The notes: generated from the sequence alone by a model not told the origin. A DNA stretch of 64,000 bases from Octopus sinensis (GCF_006345805.1 NC_042997.1:107880001-107944000); one strand, 5' to 3'; numbered from the stretch's first letter, positions 36,680 to 51,080 are shown. Translations and numbers: made by a program.

Positions 36680-39600
36680 GTACTTATAGCCTGTCTATAT
36701 GCGCTGGCTCCCACTGCAAAGCTGTACATGAACGACATTCAGAAATTGAACAAAACCAAAACAATGAAGAAAGTGCCATCATGGGTTTTGAAGACAGAGA
36801 AAAAAGATAACTGGTTTACGAAAGACTATCAGCCATGTAATGATGCTTATTGCATGCAAACAAGCAAATCATAATACGCCCCACCAATAGAAAGTAAAGA
36901 AGGAGACAGAAATGATGTTTGGAGACAACAAAAAGAGGACACTCACTTGCAAACTGATTACTCTCAAGCAGGAGCTAAAAGCTGTCAGTGAGAAACTCCA
37001 ATATCAGAAGAGAACAACCGAGAGAAGAACAATAAACAAAAGATTTAACCGCAACCATGCAGCAGTATACAGAGACATGAGAGGAGGGGCAGTAAACATC
37101 ACGGAGGCTCCTTCACGGGAAGACATAGACTGCTTCTGGGGGAAAATCTGGAGTGATGAGAAATAATTTAACCACGACAAAAGTTATTGCTCCTGCGATA
37201 CATCCAAGACATACAACATTGATGGTGAAACTCTTGCAACTGTGATCCAGAAACTTCAGGATGGAAAAGCACCTGGAAGAGAGTTGATTGTTGGATATTG
37301 GTACAAGAAGCTAACATTCAACCGACCTTATCTTATCAATCTGTACCAGCAATCTCTCATTGGGAACAGTAACATACCACACTGGTTAGCTCTGGCAGAG
37401 GCAAAATTGATCCCCAAATGCCGAACCACCCACATAGCAAAAAACTACAAGCCAATGCATGCCAGAACTTAATGTATAAGATATACGAGGGGCGTTCAAT
37501 AAGTAATGCCTCTGACCCACTTGCATGTGCAATTATTCATATCTCTATAGATTAAGTGACAAATTACAGCTCTGAACTAATTGTGGTTTTCGATTTATAG
37601 GTGTTTGAACTGAGTCAAGTGTGAAATGGAGCATGTTGAGTGTCGAGCAATGATTCGGTTTTTGTATTTGAAAGGACGCACACCACGGGAGACTTTTGAT
37701 GAAATGAAAGTAACTTATGGTGATGATGCCCCATCATATGACCTTGTAAAACGCTGGCATCGTGAATTCAAACATGGTCGGAACTCTGTGGAAACAGCTC
37801 CCAGATCTGGTCGCCCCCTTCTACCATTGATGAGGCATCTGTCCGTCAAGTTGAGGCTGCCATTTTGGAAGATCGACGCATAACTATTCGCCAAATAGCC
37901 CAGGAAGTCAAGATTAGTACCGGGTCTGTGGAAACTATCATTCATGACCATTTGCATATGCAAACGGTGTCTCCCAGATGGATTCCCAGACTGCTCACAC
38001 CTTTCCAGAAGCAAGAACGCGTCGATTGCTCGTGGATGAATTTGGAGATGTGCCAAGAAGATGAGTCAAAATTTTTCAAAAGACTTATTGCATAGGATAA
38101 AACCTGGGTCCATCACTATGATCCAGAGACCAAAGCCCAGTCAATGCAGTGGAAGCACCGTGACTCACCTCCTCCAAAGAAGGCAAGGGTGCAGCCCTCC
38201 GCTTGCAAGGTCATGCTCACAGTCTTCTGGGACCAGGATGGAGTAGTGAAGACAGATTTCCTGGCAAAGGGTGCCACAATTACAGCAGTCTATTATGCTT
38301 CACTTTTGAGGAAATTAAGAGAAGCTATCAAAATCAAGAGGCGGGGCAAGATCAGCAAAGGCATCCTCCTCCTGCAGGACAACGCTCCGATCCAGAACTC
38401 GCGTGTCGCCAGATCAGAAGCACAGGCGTGCGGCTATGAACTCCTCCCCCATCCCCCCTACTCTCCTGACCCTGCACCCTCTGATTTTCACCTCTTCCAG
38501 CCATGAAGTTGTTTTTGAAAGGAAAGCGCTTCCCAGATGATGCAGCCTTGATTTCTGAAGTCACGTCGTGCTTGGAGGACCAAGCTGGGGTCTTCTACAA
38601 AAACGGTCTTCAGAGCTGCATCAAACGATGGGAGAAATGCGTAACTCTGGGTGGTTCCTATGTAGAAAAAGACTAATAACTGTTCCAAGTTTCGTTGCTC
38701 TACTGCTATGGGAAGTGGGTCAGGGGCATTACTTATTGAACGCCCCTCGTATACAGCATATTTAAACCTCTTCCTCCAGGACTATTGTAAAACCAATAAC
38801 ATTATCACAGCAGAACAAGCAGCTGGGAAGAAGGGAGTCTGTGGATGTGCCGAGCAATTGTTAATCAACAAAATTGTGATGTCAGAGGTGCGAGAGCATA
38901 GGAGGAACCTAGTTTCAATGTGGCTAGACTACAAGAAAGCCTTTCATGGATGCTAGAAGCCTTTCAACTTGCTGAAGTTCCAGTGAGAATAGTCAAAGCT
39001 GATTTGACTTTATCGTGGACCACCATCTTGAAATTAAACACAATTAGCGACTGTATTGTCATTGGTAGAATACAGTATCGGAGAGGAATGTTCTCTGTAG
39101 TGTTTATACTTTCTGTAAACTCCTTGTCATTCATGTGAAGGAAGTCTGAAAGATATCTCACTGGTTCACACGGAAACAAAAATACCAAAATTTCACACAG
39201 TTTCTTTGTGGATGACTTGAAACTATATGCCAAGACTTGTTTACAACATCCTTGACCTGGTTGCAACATTCTCAAAGGATGTGGGGCTGGAGTTTGATCA
39301 GGACAAATGTTGCTAAATGGCTGTGAAAAGAGGGAAAACTGTAAACCTGACTGGTAACTTCTCCATGAATGACTTAACTGCTAACCCTATACCCGATGAG
39401 GAATGATACAGCTATCGAAGGATGGATAAAAACATATCTTACAATAGCACCTACCACAAAACAAGTGTCACTAAATATTACAGCCGAATGAAGAAAATCT
39501 GGACCTCGGAACTACCTGCATTCAATAAAACAGTGGCCCACTATGTTTTTGCAGTGCCAGTACTGATACCAACATTTGGGTTGCTTGATTGGACACTTGA

Positions 39601-41030
39601 TGAGATCTGAGCCTTTGATGCGAAAACCCGGAAGATACTAACAAGCACACATAATTGCCATATCAACAGGCAAGTAGATCAGCATAACCTAAAACGAAAA
39701 CAACGCGACAGAGGCTTAACGTCGCTCCAAAATGCCTTTGAATGTCGTATCATATACCTTCGGCAGCATCTTTTAACTGTCGGAGTGCATTCCTTGACCA
39801 AGTTTGCATATACGAGGCTGATAACATCATAAGACTTGGAAGCTCCTTAAGTAACATTCTTTGTCTGATAATAAATGCCCAAAAAGTCGCATGACTCTAC
39901 CGCAACATATCATCAGATGAATGGATGAGCGTATATGAGCAGAAGACTATGCATGGATATGTTAGAAAAAAGCTCCGAGATGATAGTGACATTAATCATC
40001 AAAGCAGTCTATAATGGATCAATAACCAGATTACAACTCCCACTTTGAAGGGTATGCGTTTGCAATCCAGGATCAGAAAATATCAACCAAATACCTGGTG
40101 TACAAAAAGGACAGAGATGCGTAAAAATCAGTAAAATGTGACAACCGATGCAGACTTTGTGGAGTTAACATCGAAGGTATCACCCATATCATAAGTAGTC
40201 GTCCAAAAATGTCATCACAGTATTGTCTACCGATGAGGCATCATGTCGTATCCAGGATACTGTATATTCGAAAGAATAACGCTAAGGACAAAGAAATAAG
40301 AACTCACAGTATAGTGGAATGGTGGAATCTCCCAGTGAAAACCTCAATAAAATGTAAGTACAACAGACCTGATACAATGACTTGGGACAGAGAAGAGAAA
40401 CTGTGCACAGTTGTGGAAATCAGCTGCGCATCGGATGTTAACATAAAGCTGAAGATCAGTGAGGAAGAAGAACATCTATGCTGAACTATTGAGAAAACTG
40501 CAGTTATTCTATCAAGATTACAAGTTCATGTTTACACCTGTAATTATTGGGGCCCTGGGATATGTAACACACTGCCTAAATACCAATCTTGAGAAATTAA
40601 GCTTCTCAAAACCAGACAGCAAGCACATTCGAAGACTAGAGATCCATTCCATCACTGGAACTGTAAAAATATGTAAAACTTTCCAGAAGTTTATCATTTA
40701 AGTATATATGGGCATGTCTAGATATGCAGGTATATGCATGAGAAGACATACATAAAACAAGACATACAAATCTGCACCTATACATACATACAAAAATACC
40801 CTGTTGTTGATGTTGAAATTCTAATGAAGGAACTTTGGATCGAAGTTAGAAACCAGCTCTTTCTCAATTGGCAAGAAATCTTGAAATAAAACTGAATAAT
40901 GAGATACACAGATGCATCCATACAAAAATACCCTGTTGTTGTTGTCGAAATTGCAGTGAAGGAGCCTTGGATCTAGGTCAGAAACGGCTCTTTCTCTATT
41001 GGCAAGAAATGTTGAGATGAAACTGAATAA
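36680..41030 (+). mobile_element. Long decayed R4/Dong-type LINE (RT, CCHC, RLE), interrupted by mariner at 37486-38749, with duplicated 3' tail
   Basis: DGKAPG..., MYKIY|TA..N, EQAAGKKGVCGCAEQLLINK, WLDYKKAF, SHSFFVDDLKLYA, CRLCG...THIISS, EISC..D, IPVIIGALG, TGTVKICKTFQKFII*; many stops and frameshifts. Confidence 0.9.
37486..38749 (+). mobile_element. Full-length mariner (D,D34D) element, 1264 bp, about 37-bp TIRs, TA target duplication; transposase pseudogene
   Basis: TIR CGAGGGGCGTTCAATAAGTAATGCC.CTGACCCACTT and its inverse; MEHVECRAMIRFLYLKG, WIPRLL, *DKTWV, LLQDNAP, HPPYSPDPAPSDFHLF. Confidence 0.95.
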
Positions 41031-41099
41031 TCAAGCGCGAGCTCACACACTACCACACACACACATACTTACTCACACACATACAGACACATACATACA

Positions 41100-43010
41100 T
41101 TCAAAATAAAGCTATTCTATTCTACATGCATAGAAATACAGAAAAAAGCAGCTGAAACTGCAGATAAGGGAAGTACTGTAATTATTAAGGATGTTGAACA
41201 CTACAAAAATGCTGTATTATCTGTACTACAAGAGATGACATATTACGAAAAGATAAGCAATTACCAAACATCAAAGACGATGAGAAACTGAACACATTTA
41301 CCGACATCAAAAAGGTTTAATAAACAAAGAATTTGATTACCTAACTCATTTTGAATACAAAACTAGTTTCTTCTACGGTCTCTCTAAAATCCTCAAAAAC
41401 CAAATTATTAAAAATGCCTGTAGAGAAGCAACTTCAATTTGTATAACCGAACTCTGAGACACACAGACTCAGCATTTTCTTTTAGATATACTACTGAAAC
41501 CTATTGTAAAATACATAACACATCTTGTAAGGAACGACCTGGACTTGTTAAACCACCTCCCTAAAATCTTCAACGAAGATGCCATTATTGTATCATTTAA
41601 TGTAGTAAACCTCTATACCACGATCCCACACCAATATGAACTAGAAGCAATAGGTTTCTGGCTAAAAAATTCCCTCATGAAATCTCAGACAGAACTGAAA
41701 ATGTTAAAAGGTTTAAAATTAATCCTTGAAAACAACTTTTTTTTTTACTTTAATGACAATATTTACAAGCAAGTATTTTGGGACAGCGAAGGTTACTCCG
41801 ACCTTTGCCAATGTAGTCATGGCATGCATGAAGGTCCAGAAATATGAATAATCCAAATCAAAATATGGCTTAGAACTCCATGAGTATTCACTAGAAAACT
41901 GGAAACGTTACTTCGATGACTACCTGATTCTGTGGTCGCGACCATTTGATTAGCTTATTGCTTTAAAAAACCTAATTAACAGCATAAACAATAGTATCAA
42001 TTTCACCGTGGAAAACTCAACAATTATTTCTGAACACTCTAATCGTCAAAACAAGCAAAAACATTGAAACAGATATTCCCTACAAACCAAGAGATTCTAA
42101 ACAATAACTGCTGTTCTCCTTATGCCACCCCAAACATACAACGACTAATATTCCATTTCCTCTGGCAAGAAGAATCTGCACAATTGTTTCAAATTTTGAA
42201 ACTCACAATAAAAGACTGCAGGAGTTAAAACAAATACTACTTGAAAAACACTATCAGTGTTAATAGACAACGGAATGGAACGTTCGAATGCAAGAACTAC
42301 GGAAAGCAAAAATCACTTCAGGAGGCGCCCATTACTCTATGCTTTACAACAACACACAACCCAGAGGTTTACAACATTATCCACCGGAACATTCCACTAT
42401 TGGGACAAGACCAAGAATAAAACAAATACTTGAAATACACAAAATAATCAAAAACAAAAGACAATCAAAATCCTTCAAAAAGCTAAATTACCGTCCACAA
42501 ACCACATCAACAGTCAAAAAGTATGACTGCCTTAATTACCGGACTTGCATCAACGTCATTGAGAAGAAAAAAAATTATGAATTTAAATCAACAGATTTTT
42601 AGCAAAAAGAATAATTTAACCTGTTCGCCAAAAACTTTAATATATATTATTGAATGTAAAGGATGTAAAGAGGATTAAATAAGTCAAACAAATCTTACTC
42701 TCAGAAATAGAGTGACTACTCATCGTCAAAAAATACCAGACGCCAGCATTAGAAAGATCCTACATAGATATATGTGCAAAAAATAAGTCCACCAAATTCC
42801 AAGTCTTCCCACTTTGCTTTGCTCAGTCAATTCCACAGATGAAGCAACGAATAAACAACAAAAATATATTCATGCAAAAATACCAAAACTAAATAAACGT
42901 TTACAAAGTATATTCACCAACAACAATTCACGCAGAAACTCATTCTGCCACTTGACATGTTGAATTTACACAACAACCTAAACTTGGGATACGATCGTGA
43001 GTTTTTTCAT
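41100..43010 (+). mobile_element. Decayed Penelope-like element (RT and GIY-YIG) ending in a degenerate HHR-like terminus
   Basis: FYGLSKI.KN, SFNVVNLYTTIPH, LILENNFF.FNDNIYKQVFGT, WKRYFDDYLILW, DIPYKPRDSKQ*LLFSLCHPKHT, LIYIIECKGC; end aaact...gat ACGATCGT g agttt at 42936-43004. Confidence 0.85.
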
Positions 43011-43699
43011 TTGATACTGACGCACGAATTTAGTAGAAAACAAAATTTTATGCTCACGTACAAATTAATACCATTCAGCCATTGGACTACATAGAAACAA
43101 ATCCAGCCCACTCTACCACTTGACTGATTAAATTTAGAGAGACTTGATTGTCTGAGACTGTCACCAGACACGTTTACTCAACTGTGTGAGCCTTAACGTA
43201 CGGCACCAAACATATTGTAACATGATATTCACGCATGGACGTAGAGGGGGAACTTTTAAAATGTCTAAACCGATGCACATGGCCATCCTCTGCAATCAAA
43301 TCGTATCCGAAATAAATACGAGTTTGAGTCATATTCTCTTTATAAAAACAAAAGAGTTTTCGAACTCCAGTCAAAAACAAAACAGTTGCGGCATAGTCGC
43401 ACGTCTTTTTATCTCAAATTTTGAAAATCATAAAAATCTGTGAAACGGTTCAGTCTTTAAAAATAAAAAAACAATCTAAACGACTCCCACCCATAGTGCA
43501 TTTCAGCTTCTGATATATATATATATATATATATATCAGTTGAATAAAGTTAAAACATGCTCTGGTTTTCACGTTTTTATAATGGTATTTTAACATTAAA
43601 AAGTATTTTGTAATTTTTGTTCCTTGTAGTTTCAGCTCAGAGCTGCGGCCATGCCGAGGCACCGCCGTTTTGCTACACTGTTATTATTGAGACCCTCTT

Positions 43700-44490
43700 C
43701 TAATATGTGGAATTTGGTGAATAAGCATTAAACTGCATATTATGTCGCTATCCTCATTTGCGCTTCTTGCTGCGACGTAGGTTCATCTGGGATTCTCGAC
43801 AGGAAGCAGTCCAGTTTTGATTTGAAAACACCTACATCCACTTTGTGTAGGTCCCTCAGGCTCTTTGGGAGAATATTAAAAAGCTGTGAGACCCTGAAAC
43901 CCAGGATGTTGCAGTAACTAGTCCTGAGGCGCGATGGCATTGCTGGGATCTTTGGCACTGTGCAGTGTCGACCCATTCTGGCATTGGTATAACTTTAAAA
44001 GCCAAAGTTTGGCACAATTCCTTCCAGGATCTTCCAGATGTATATTACTCCAGGGAGTAGAGTCTTAGCTGTTTCAGCCTTTCCCAGTAGCTGAGCTGTT
44101 GCAATGAAACGATCTTCTTTGTGAAGCTTCGCTGGATTACTTCGAGATCCGTTGCTAATTTTACATTGTTGGGTGACCATACCAGGAAGCAGTAGTCCAG
44201 GCGGCTGAAGACGAATGTCCTCTAGAGCACTGTCATGGTTTCCTTTTCTCTTGTTTTGAACGTTCTCAGGATCCAGCCAGCCAGTCGTCTACACTTTGTC
44301 GCCATCCTGGTAATGTGCACTTGGAAAGAGGTATCATCACTCATGTCGATACCCATGTTCCTCAGTGATTTAGGCTCTGGGATTGTAATCCCCTATGGAC
44401 CGGTGTACCCTTTGAGTTTTATATTCAGTTTTGGACGCTGGTAGCGCAGGGCTTGGAACTTTTCAGCATTGAACTGCATATTATTGCGTT
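43700..44490 (-). mobile_element. CR1/L2-superfamily LINE 3' fragment
   Basis: RTFVFSRLDYCFLVWSP..VK...LEVIQRSFT; RVSQLFNILPKSLRDLHKVDVGVFKSKLDCFLSRIPDEP. Confidence 0.8.
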
Positions 44491-44689
44491 CAGCACATCT
44501 GTAAATGCTCATAAAGTTAAATAAGCGCTTTCGTACATAGAGTAATCATTAAATTTCAAATGTGTTTAACTGACAGTTGAGTGCTTGATAACTTCAGTAC
44601 CTCTCAGAGATGCGCAACCCATTGCGCTTTGTACTCATAACACGTCTTGCCTCTCTCTAGGTCCCACTGTTCCTAAGGTTTACTCTGTA

Positions 44690-45290
44690 ATTTATGGTTA
44701 AATATTTGCATTGTCAGTAAGGTGCTCTCAGTCTCTTGTTTCAGTGCTCCTTTCTTTAACAAGTCACACCTATGTTTTACAGCAACCTCTGCATTGTGCA
44801 TCTTCATATCCTTTTTGTACTTCTTGTTTTATTTTTTCCCTTTTCTCTACTTCCTGTACGCCTTCATCCCTGACTGTCAGTAAGCTCTCAAGTTCGATAT
44901 TGCCCGCAATCTTCCACACTTACCAGCCCCCTTCCTACATTTGTTCTCTTCATGAACAAGCGACCAGTGTCTGTACGTGAATGATGGGTTTCATGCATTG
45001 CTTGGAGCTTTCTTGTCTTCATGTCCAACTCGTTTTGCTCATCCTCTGACCACTTCACATTTCCACCGCCATGCTGCTGCTGAATCACACAGACTGTGCC
45101 TGAATCTATTACTGAAATTTTGTTTCTGGCATTCATCTTTGAATCCAGTATTTTTCTCACTCACCACATATATTCTTTCTTTGCTTCTTTCGTATCGTTG
45201 TATTTAATTCCGTCTGCCTCAAGTATTCTCAGGTATTTATACATCATTTCACCACTTGGCATACCTTCAGTTCTGAGAAGCTGCTGACCC
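44690..45290 (-). mobile_element. R4/Dong-type LINE fragment (post-RT region)
   Basis: YKYLRILEA, ILDSKMNARNKI, KWSEDEQNELDMKTRKL..MH..HH.R.DT.RLFMKR..GRGLVSVEDC. Confidence 0.75.
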
Positions 45291-45519
45291 TGCACTTATG
45301 GTGGCTCCTGGTAGATATATGTCGCTTGTCAGGCAGTGTTAACACTTGGTTCCTCCACTGGTGTCTGACCAGTCCTTTCGACGACTAGCACTGGTCACCA
45401 AGTTTCTGGAAGGATCTAGAAAAAATTGCCTGCCTACCTTATTCATTCATTATGATCAGCTTAGCGCAGTTGATGGACGTTCATTTTATGCGCTCGAAAT
45501 ATTAGAGAAAATTATCAAA

Positions 45520-46850
45520 AAAATTAGACATAAACTGCTGGAATGTGCGAACTCTGGTTCATAATCCAAATGTACCGTCTCCAAAACACAGAACTGAATT
45601 AGTTTCTAGGCAACAACAAAGATATGTTATTGAAGTCACGGCTCTTTCAAAGACTCGTCACGTGTGATTGGTGGTGAATTATTTTGGAAGGGAGGAAAAC
45701 GCAAGAGAGAAGCAACTGCGAGTTTCGCAAACTTAGTCCACAGAACTTCCCTGATGTGTTAACGAACAGCTGATGCCACTACAGCACTTCCTAACGATGA
45801 AGCTGCTGTTTTTTATGGCCCCTAAAGGAATGTACTGCGATGTTTCGATTGTGATAAAATTATTCTCCTTGGAAATTTTAATGCATCAGTTGGAAAAAAA
45901 AAACTGGGAGACTCGGAGCTACTTGTGAAGATATGGTGTCGGGAAAGTCAACTGTTATGGTTTACCTTTTCTGGAGTTTTGTTTGTACATCTTAAGCACG
46001 CAATTACAACTTGGATGATCCCAAGATCCGGCCATTGGAGTTTAATTGACTATGGTGACTGCACAATGTCGGCAATGTCCGTTCTCTGCGCGGTGCTAAA
46101 TGCTGGACTGATCATGATTTAGTAAGAGTCAGACAATGGAACCGGCTGCCAGAAATCATAATACAATCAAAATCCCAAAGCGTTTAGATGTTAGAAAGCT
46201 GCAATGACAAAATGTGCAAGGTGTTCTTTAAGAATGTATTGCAACAGTAAATGACACAGAATGATGGGATGTTGACAGAAATGATCCTCATAATGCAGCT
46301 TTATGAAATTCTTGATACAACTTCAGCAGAGTAGAGACTGATTTGATGAAAACGACTGGGTTATAAAAACAGCGATCTCTAATAAAACATGGGATGCGTA
46401 GTAAAAATACTGCCAGAAGAGATTTCAAAGCAAAAGCGTCTCCAGTTGGAAGAAAATTTCAAGCGTGCAAAAGCTGCGCTCAGTGAAGTGTACAGAAAAA
46501 TTGGTTGTCGAGCATTACGACCAGCATACAAATAACAGATGATGCGAAAAACACAAAGGCACTATGAGCAGAAAACATGTCTAAGAGATGGAAAGAACAT
46601 TTCGAAAAGTTATTAAATAGAGAATCCCAAGCGAACTATATCTATAATGAAAATAGTCAGCAAAGACTAACAATTTCTTCCCTTAATAACCCGATCAACC
46701 TACCATAGAGGAAGTACAATTGAACCATAAGAAACCCGATCATGGTAAAGCTGCCGGAAAAGACGGATAGGATATCTCCTTCGAATGATGACGGCAAAAT
46801 CCTAAAACAAATCCTTTCTACTGAGTTGGACGGCTGATACAAGGCCAAAG
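45520..46850 (+). mobile_element. RTE-clade LINE fragment (APE endonuclease to start of RT)
   Basis: INCWNVRTL...RTELVSR, ELFWKG, IILLGNFNASVGK, CWTDHDLVRV, GKAAGKDG; heavily degraded. Confidence 0.7.
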
Positions 46851-47079
46851 AGCCCGGCATAAATCAAATTTGTGTTTTAAGGATTGTGTGAAAGATTCTC
46901 TGACTTAATGCAAGAATGAAACAACTGACCGGGTGTCTTCAGTGTTAGACTGAAGTAACTGGTGCACAAAAAACCCCCAATAGCGTCAGAAAGTTTCAGG
47001 AAACATGCATACATATGTACGTACGTGCGTGCATGCGTGCGTGCGTATGTATGCATGTATATATGTACTTATGTATGTC

Positions 47080-49400
47080 TCTTCTGTGTTTAATCATTTA
47101 AATTCTTCCTCTGCCGAAGGAGCTGGTTTCTAACAAAGATACAAAGTTCCATCTTTGAAATATTGGTAACGAAAACAATGTCACATTTTAAACCTGAGAA
47201 AAGTCTTGCATAGTTTTACTGTTCCGTTTACAGATTGTATTTGTAATGTGCGAATCAGTTGGTTGATTTCTTCTTCTGAAAATGCAAGCTTATCCAAACT
47301 AACAGTTAGGCATTTGCACACAAAACCGAGTGCTCCGGTTATTATTGGTATAAATATAAATTTGTAGTCCGGATATAGAAGCTGGAGCTTTCGAAACAGT
47401 TGTCCATAGTTATCTTCTGTCTCTTTGATTTTCAAAGAGACACCCACATCAACAGGACAGTTGATGGGAATGTTCTACCAGTATTCCTTGTGCTGGTATT
47501 TGTGTGCGCATTCAATAACAGGGGGATTCTCTGTATTTATCCCAGAACAATCATTTTCCGAATGGCATCGTATATTGGTTTTGCGACATCGTTATGACGC
47601 ATAGGGAAGCAATATCTTGATGACATTTTTGGGCAGATGAAAATCACGTGTGTGATGCCTTCCAAAGAAATATGACATAATCTACATTTACGGTTGCATC
47701 CTGGAACTCCAATGGCTCCACTGCCTCTTTTGTTGATTAGGTCGAGGAGAGGCTTTGTTTCATGTCGTTATTACTGTCTTCTTCAAGTTTTCTGGGACAC
47801 ATATCCATGCATGGTCTTCTCTTAGTATACTGAGCTTTTCACAACCAGGTCTTCTTCGAGGTACCCACGTGTGTCTGTATATATGTATGACCAGCTGTTT
47901 TGTGGTTGTATGGGAAGTCATCAGGAAGAGAGTACTTCTTGAAGAGCTTACTGTCAAGCGCAGGATGTTGTTCTCTTCGTTTTTCACCATTAGGTTGACA
48001 TTCACACAAACACATACATCCACACGTATACATACACGCACACACACACACATACACACACCACTACAAATACACACATATATATATTGCTGTTGTTTTA
48101 GTAGGCTCTGTCAGGGAGAGAGAGAGAGAGAAAAAAAGAGAGTGTGAGAGAGAGGGGAGAGAGACAGACAAAGACAGAGACAGAGAACCTATACGATACT
48201 CAAAAGGTGATTGCACTTTTCCAAAGACTCGACCGTCTTCATCTCTTCTCGTGTATCGCCTGTTGATGTAACTGTTTCTGTGGAAGTTTCCAGTTGATGT
48301 CAGGATCTTACGGATTTGGAATGGTTTTATTCTACAGACCAGTCATTCATCCCAAAATTCAGGTGTCAGCACTGGTAATGTGAATGCATGGTAGGATATT
48401 GTCCTGTAAAATGAGAGGTGTGACTGCCATATTTTTTCTGGTGTAATATTCTCGGATCACTCTATCTTTATTCACAGTACCTTCGTATAATATGCTTTTA
48501 TCAATGCCTAGGTACGTTTAGCACTCTTTGTGTGGGACAGGAGAGATGGTGAGATCATTGATGCACATGTTTTAGGTCCGGGGTTCTGATTTTCTACGTT
48601 CAACAATCAAATACAAACATTTTTTTTTGTTAAATTATGAATGTTGAAAATATTATTCCAGTTGGCATAATAAACATTTTTAGCATAAATCTTCAGCGCA
48701 TCCATAAAGAAATTATGGGTTACATTAATACCTCTAGCAGACCTAAACAAGTAACCATTTGATTTTGTAGCAAAATAATAATGGATCTAATTCCAAAATA
48801 AACAGAATTACAGAAAAGCTATCTCCTTGAAATATTTGAATTATTCATAACATTGGAGAAGATCGTTCCGCTCCCATTTGTGTGAGAATGTTGCCCAGGT
48901 CTTTGTGAGCCTCTTAATAGCAGTGGATAAAGAAACAAGCACCTTTTTTTCTAGTGTAGAAACGTCAGTAGCCATGAAGGAGCAATAGATGAGCGCTTTC
49001 CTATAATCAAACCGTTCCATCATAAATGTTCAGCAGTGTTTTCTTACTTCACACAATATAGCTTTGTTTATCAAAAGTTGTTCGACACATCCCCACGCTC
49101 CCTTCTTTCCATCTTCCAACTCATCAGTCACTATGTTGGGACTCTCGCTGATCCTGAAATAATTGTTTGATGTAGCTTGTGCATAGTTTGTACAAAATGC
49201 TTGGGCAAGCAATGGGCTTATTATAGTTTACTGCCAACACGGGAGATTCATTCTTGGTTACAAGAATCATCCGTACCAGAGTATGTCAGTCTCATCATCC
49301 ATAGTGCTTTTGAGTATATATTAATAGTTTTTTTCTGTAAAATGTCAACCTATTGTACCAATATCCAACTGTTAAGTCTCTTCCAGGTTTCTTCTCATTA
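47080..49400 (-). mobile_element. R4/Dong-type LINE, fragmented (RT piece 48200-49400; post-RT and RLE piece 47080-48000)
   Basis: DGKKGAWGCVEQLLINKAILCEVRKH, FDYRKA; IKETEDNYGQLFRKLQLLYPDYKFIFIPIITGALG. Confidence 0.8.
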
Positions 49401-49439
49401 TGCAGCTTGCCTACGGCTGTAGTGGAAGGTTTCCGAGCC

Positions 49440-49915
49440 AATTTTACTGTCGATGTTGCTACAGTATTCTCCCCTAAATGTATTTAACTGCGATGCATTC
49501 AAGGTTGAAATCCCTCTTTTCCTTCCTCATTTTAGACAGCAGGATTAAAGATCTTATTGAGAGGGGGTGGGTGTTTCTTACCTCTAATAATTTCCATCGT
49601 CATCTGTCTGAGTAAGAAACAAAGTGGATTGCCCGAAAGATTTTCTGCAGTATCAAAGTTTTTCACTCGACGTTCTGAGTGCTTTATACTACTAAGGATT
49701 CTTTTAAGAGCATGGCGTGAAAAGCCACAGTAGAGTTTTTTTATATATATATTTTGTAAAATAGCCACCTTAGAGTTTATTATCTTTTGTAAGATAGCCA
49801 CCATAGAGTTTTTTTCTATTTTTTGTAAAATAGCCACAATAGAATTTTTTTTTATCTTTCGTAAAACAGCCACCGTAGAGTTTTTTTATCTTTTGTAAAA
49901 TAGCCACCGTAGAGG
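49440..49915 (-). mobile_element. PLE-like fragment containing a 31-34 bp tandem repeat
   Basis: About six units of tagagtttttttatcttttgtaaaatagccaccg (49721-49915), translated as VAILQKI.KNS on minus. The PLE assignment is tentative. Confidence 0.45.
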
Positions 49916-50402
49916 TTCTATTCACATTGTGAGTGAATTCGTTATTCCCCTTACATTTTATTATCGTGGTTAATCATCCAATATGGCGGCGCAGATTGCC
50001 GATGTTTTCTTTAAGTTTTGTTTTCCTTCTAGGTTTCTTCTGCTTATTAATTTCCTAAACACGAATTCTGCAAATTTCTCCTGAATGTTCCTTTCAAGTA
50101 ATTGCAGCTGTTCATATGAAGGTATGAATTATCCAGTAATTAACTGCGCATAGTTCCATGTTATCTCCAGCAGTATCATCGCTATCTTTCAACATCAGAG
50201 TTGTTAATTTTTCTTCTTTATTCTTGTTAATAACGGCCAGATGTTCAATAAAATATTCAAAAACGTTTGCTCGCTCCCTTGGTTTCAAAATGTTCTTAAG
50301 CTGGAGGTATTCCACGGTCGTCTTTATCGGATCAGTTACATATGAAGGTATGTGAGAGTTTAGTAACGGCAGCAGCGGTTTGTTTGCATTATTTTCGAGC
50401 CC

Positions 50403-50547
50403 GCGTTCTGAGTTCAAATTCTGGCGTGGTCGACTTTACCTTTCATCCTTTCGGGATCGATAAATTAAGTATCAGTTGAGTACTGGGGCCGATGTAATCG
50501 ACTATCCCGCTACCCAAAATTTCAGGTCTTGTGCCTATAGTAAGATT
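50403..50547 (+). mobile_element. Family B SINE, 5'-truncated
   Basis: GTTCTGAGTTCAAATTC...CATCCTTTCGGGATCGATAAATTAAGT... Confidence 0.8.
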
Positions 50548-50809
50548 GATTTGCTTTACAAGAGTTCGAATAGCCATTTTTTATCCGTGATAGCCATTTT
50601 TTTTCGCAAAGGAAAATGCTTGTTACCAAAGCTTTGCTGTAAAAGAATTTAAGTTTGAATAAGGTCCGTCCGGCTACATTTTTTAGCCGCTTCGTTTTGC
50701 CGACAGAAGAGTCATCACCGGCTTTTACATAGCACCAAAAGAGTTCTTGATTTAAATGAAATGGATGTGCGTGTGTATGTAAATGTTCGCCTTTGTGTAT
50801 GCAAGTATG

Positions 50810-51080
<271 letters not shown>

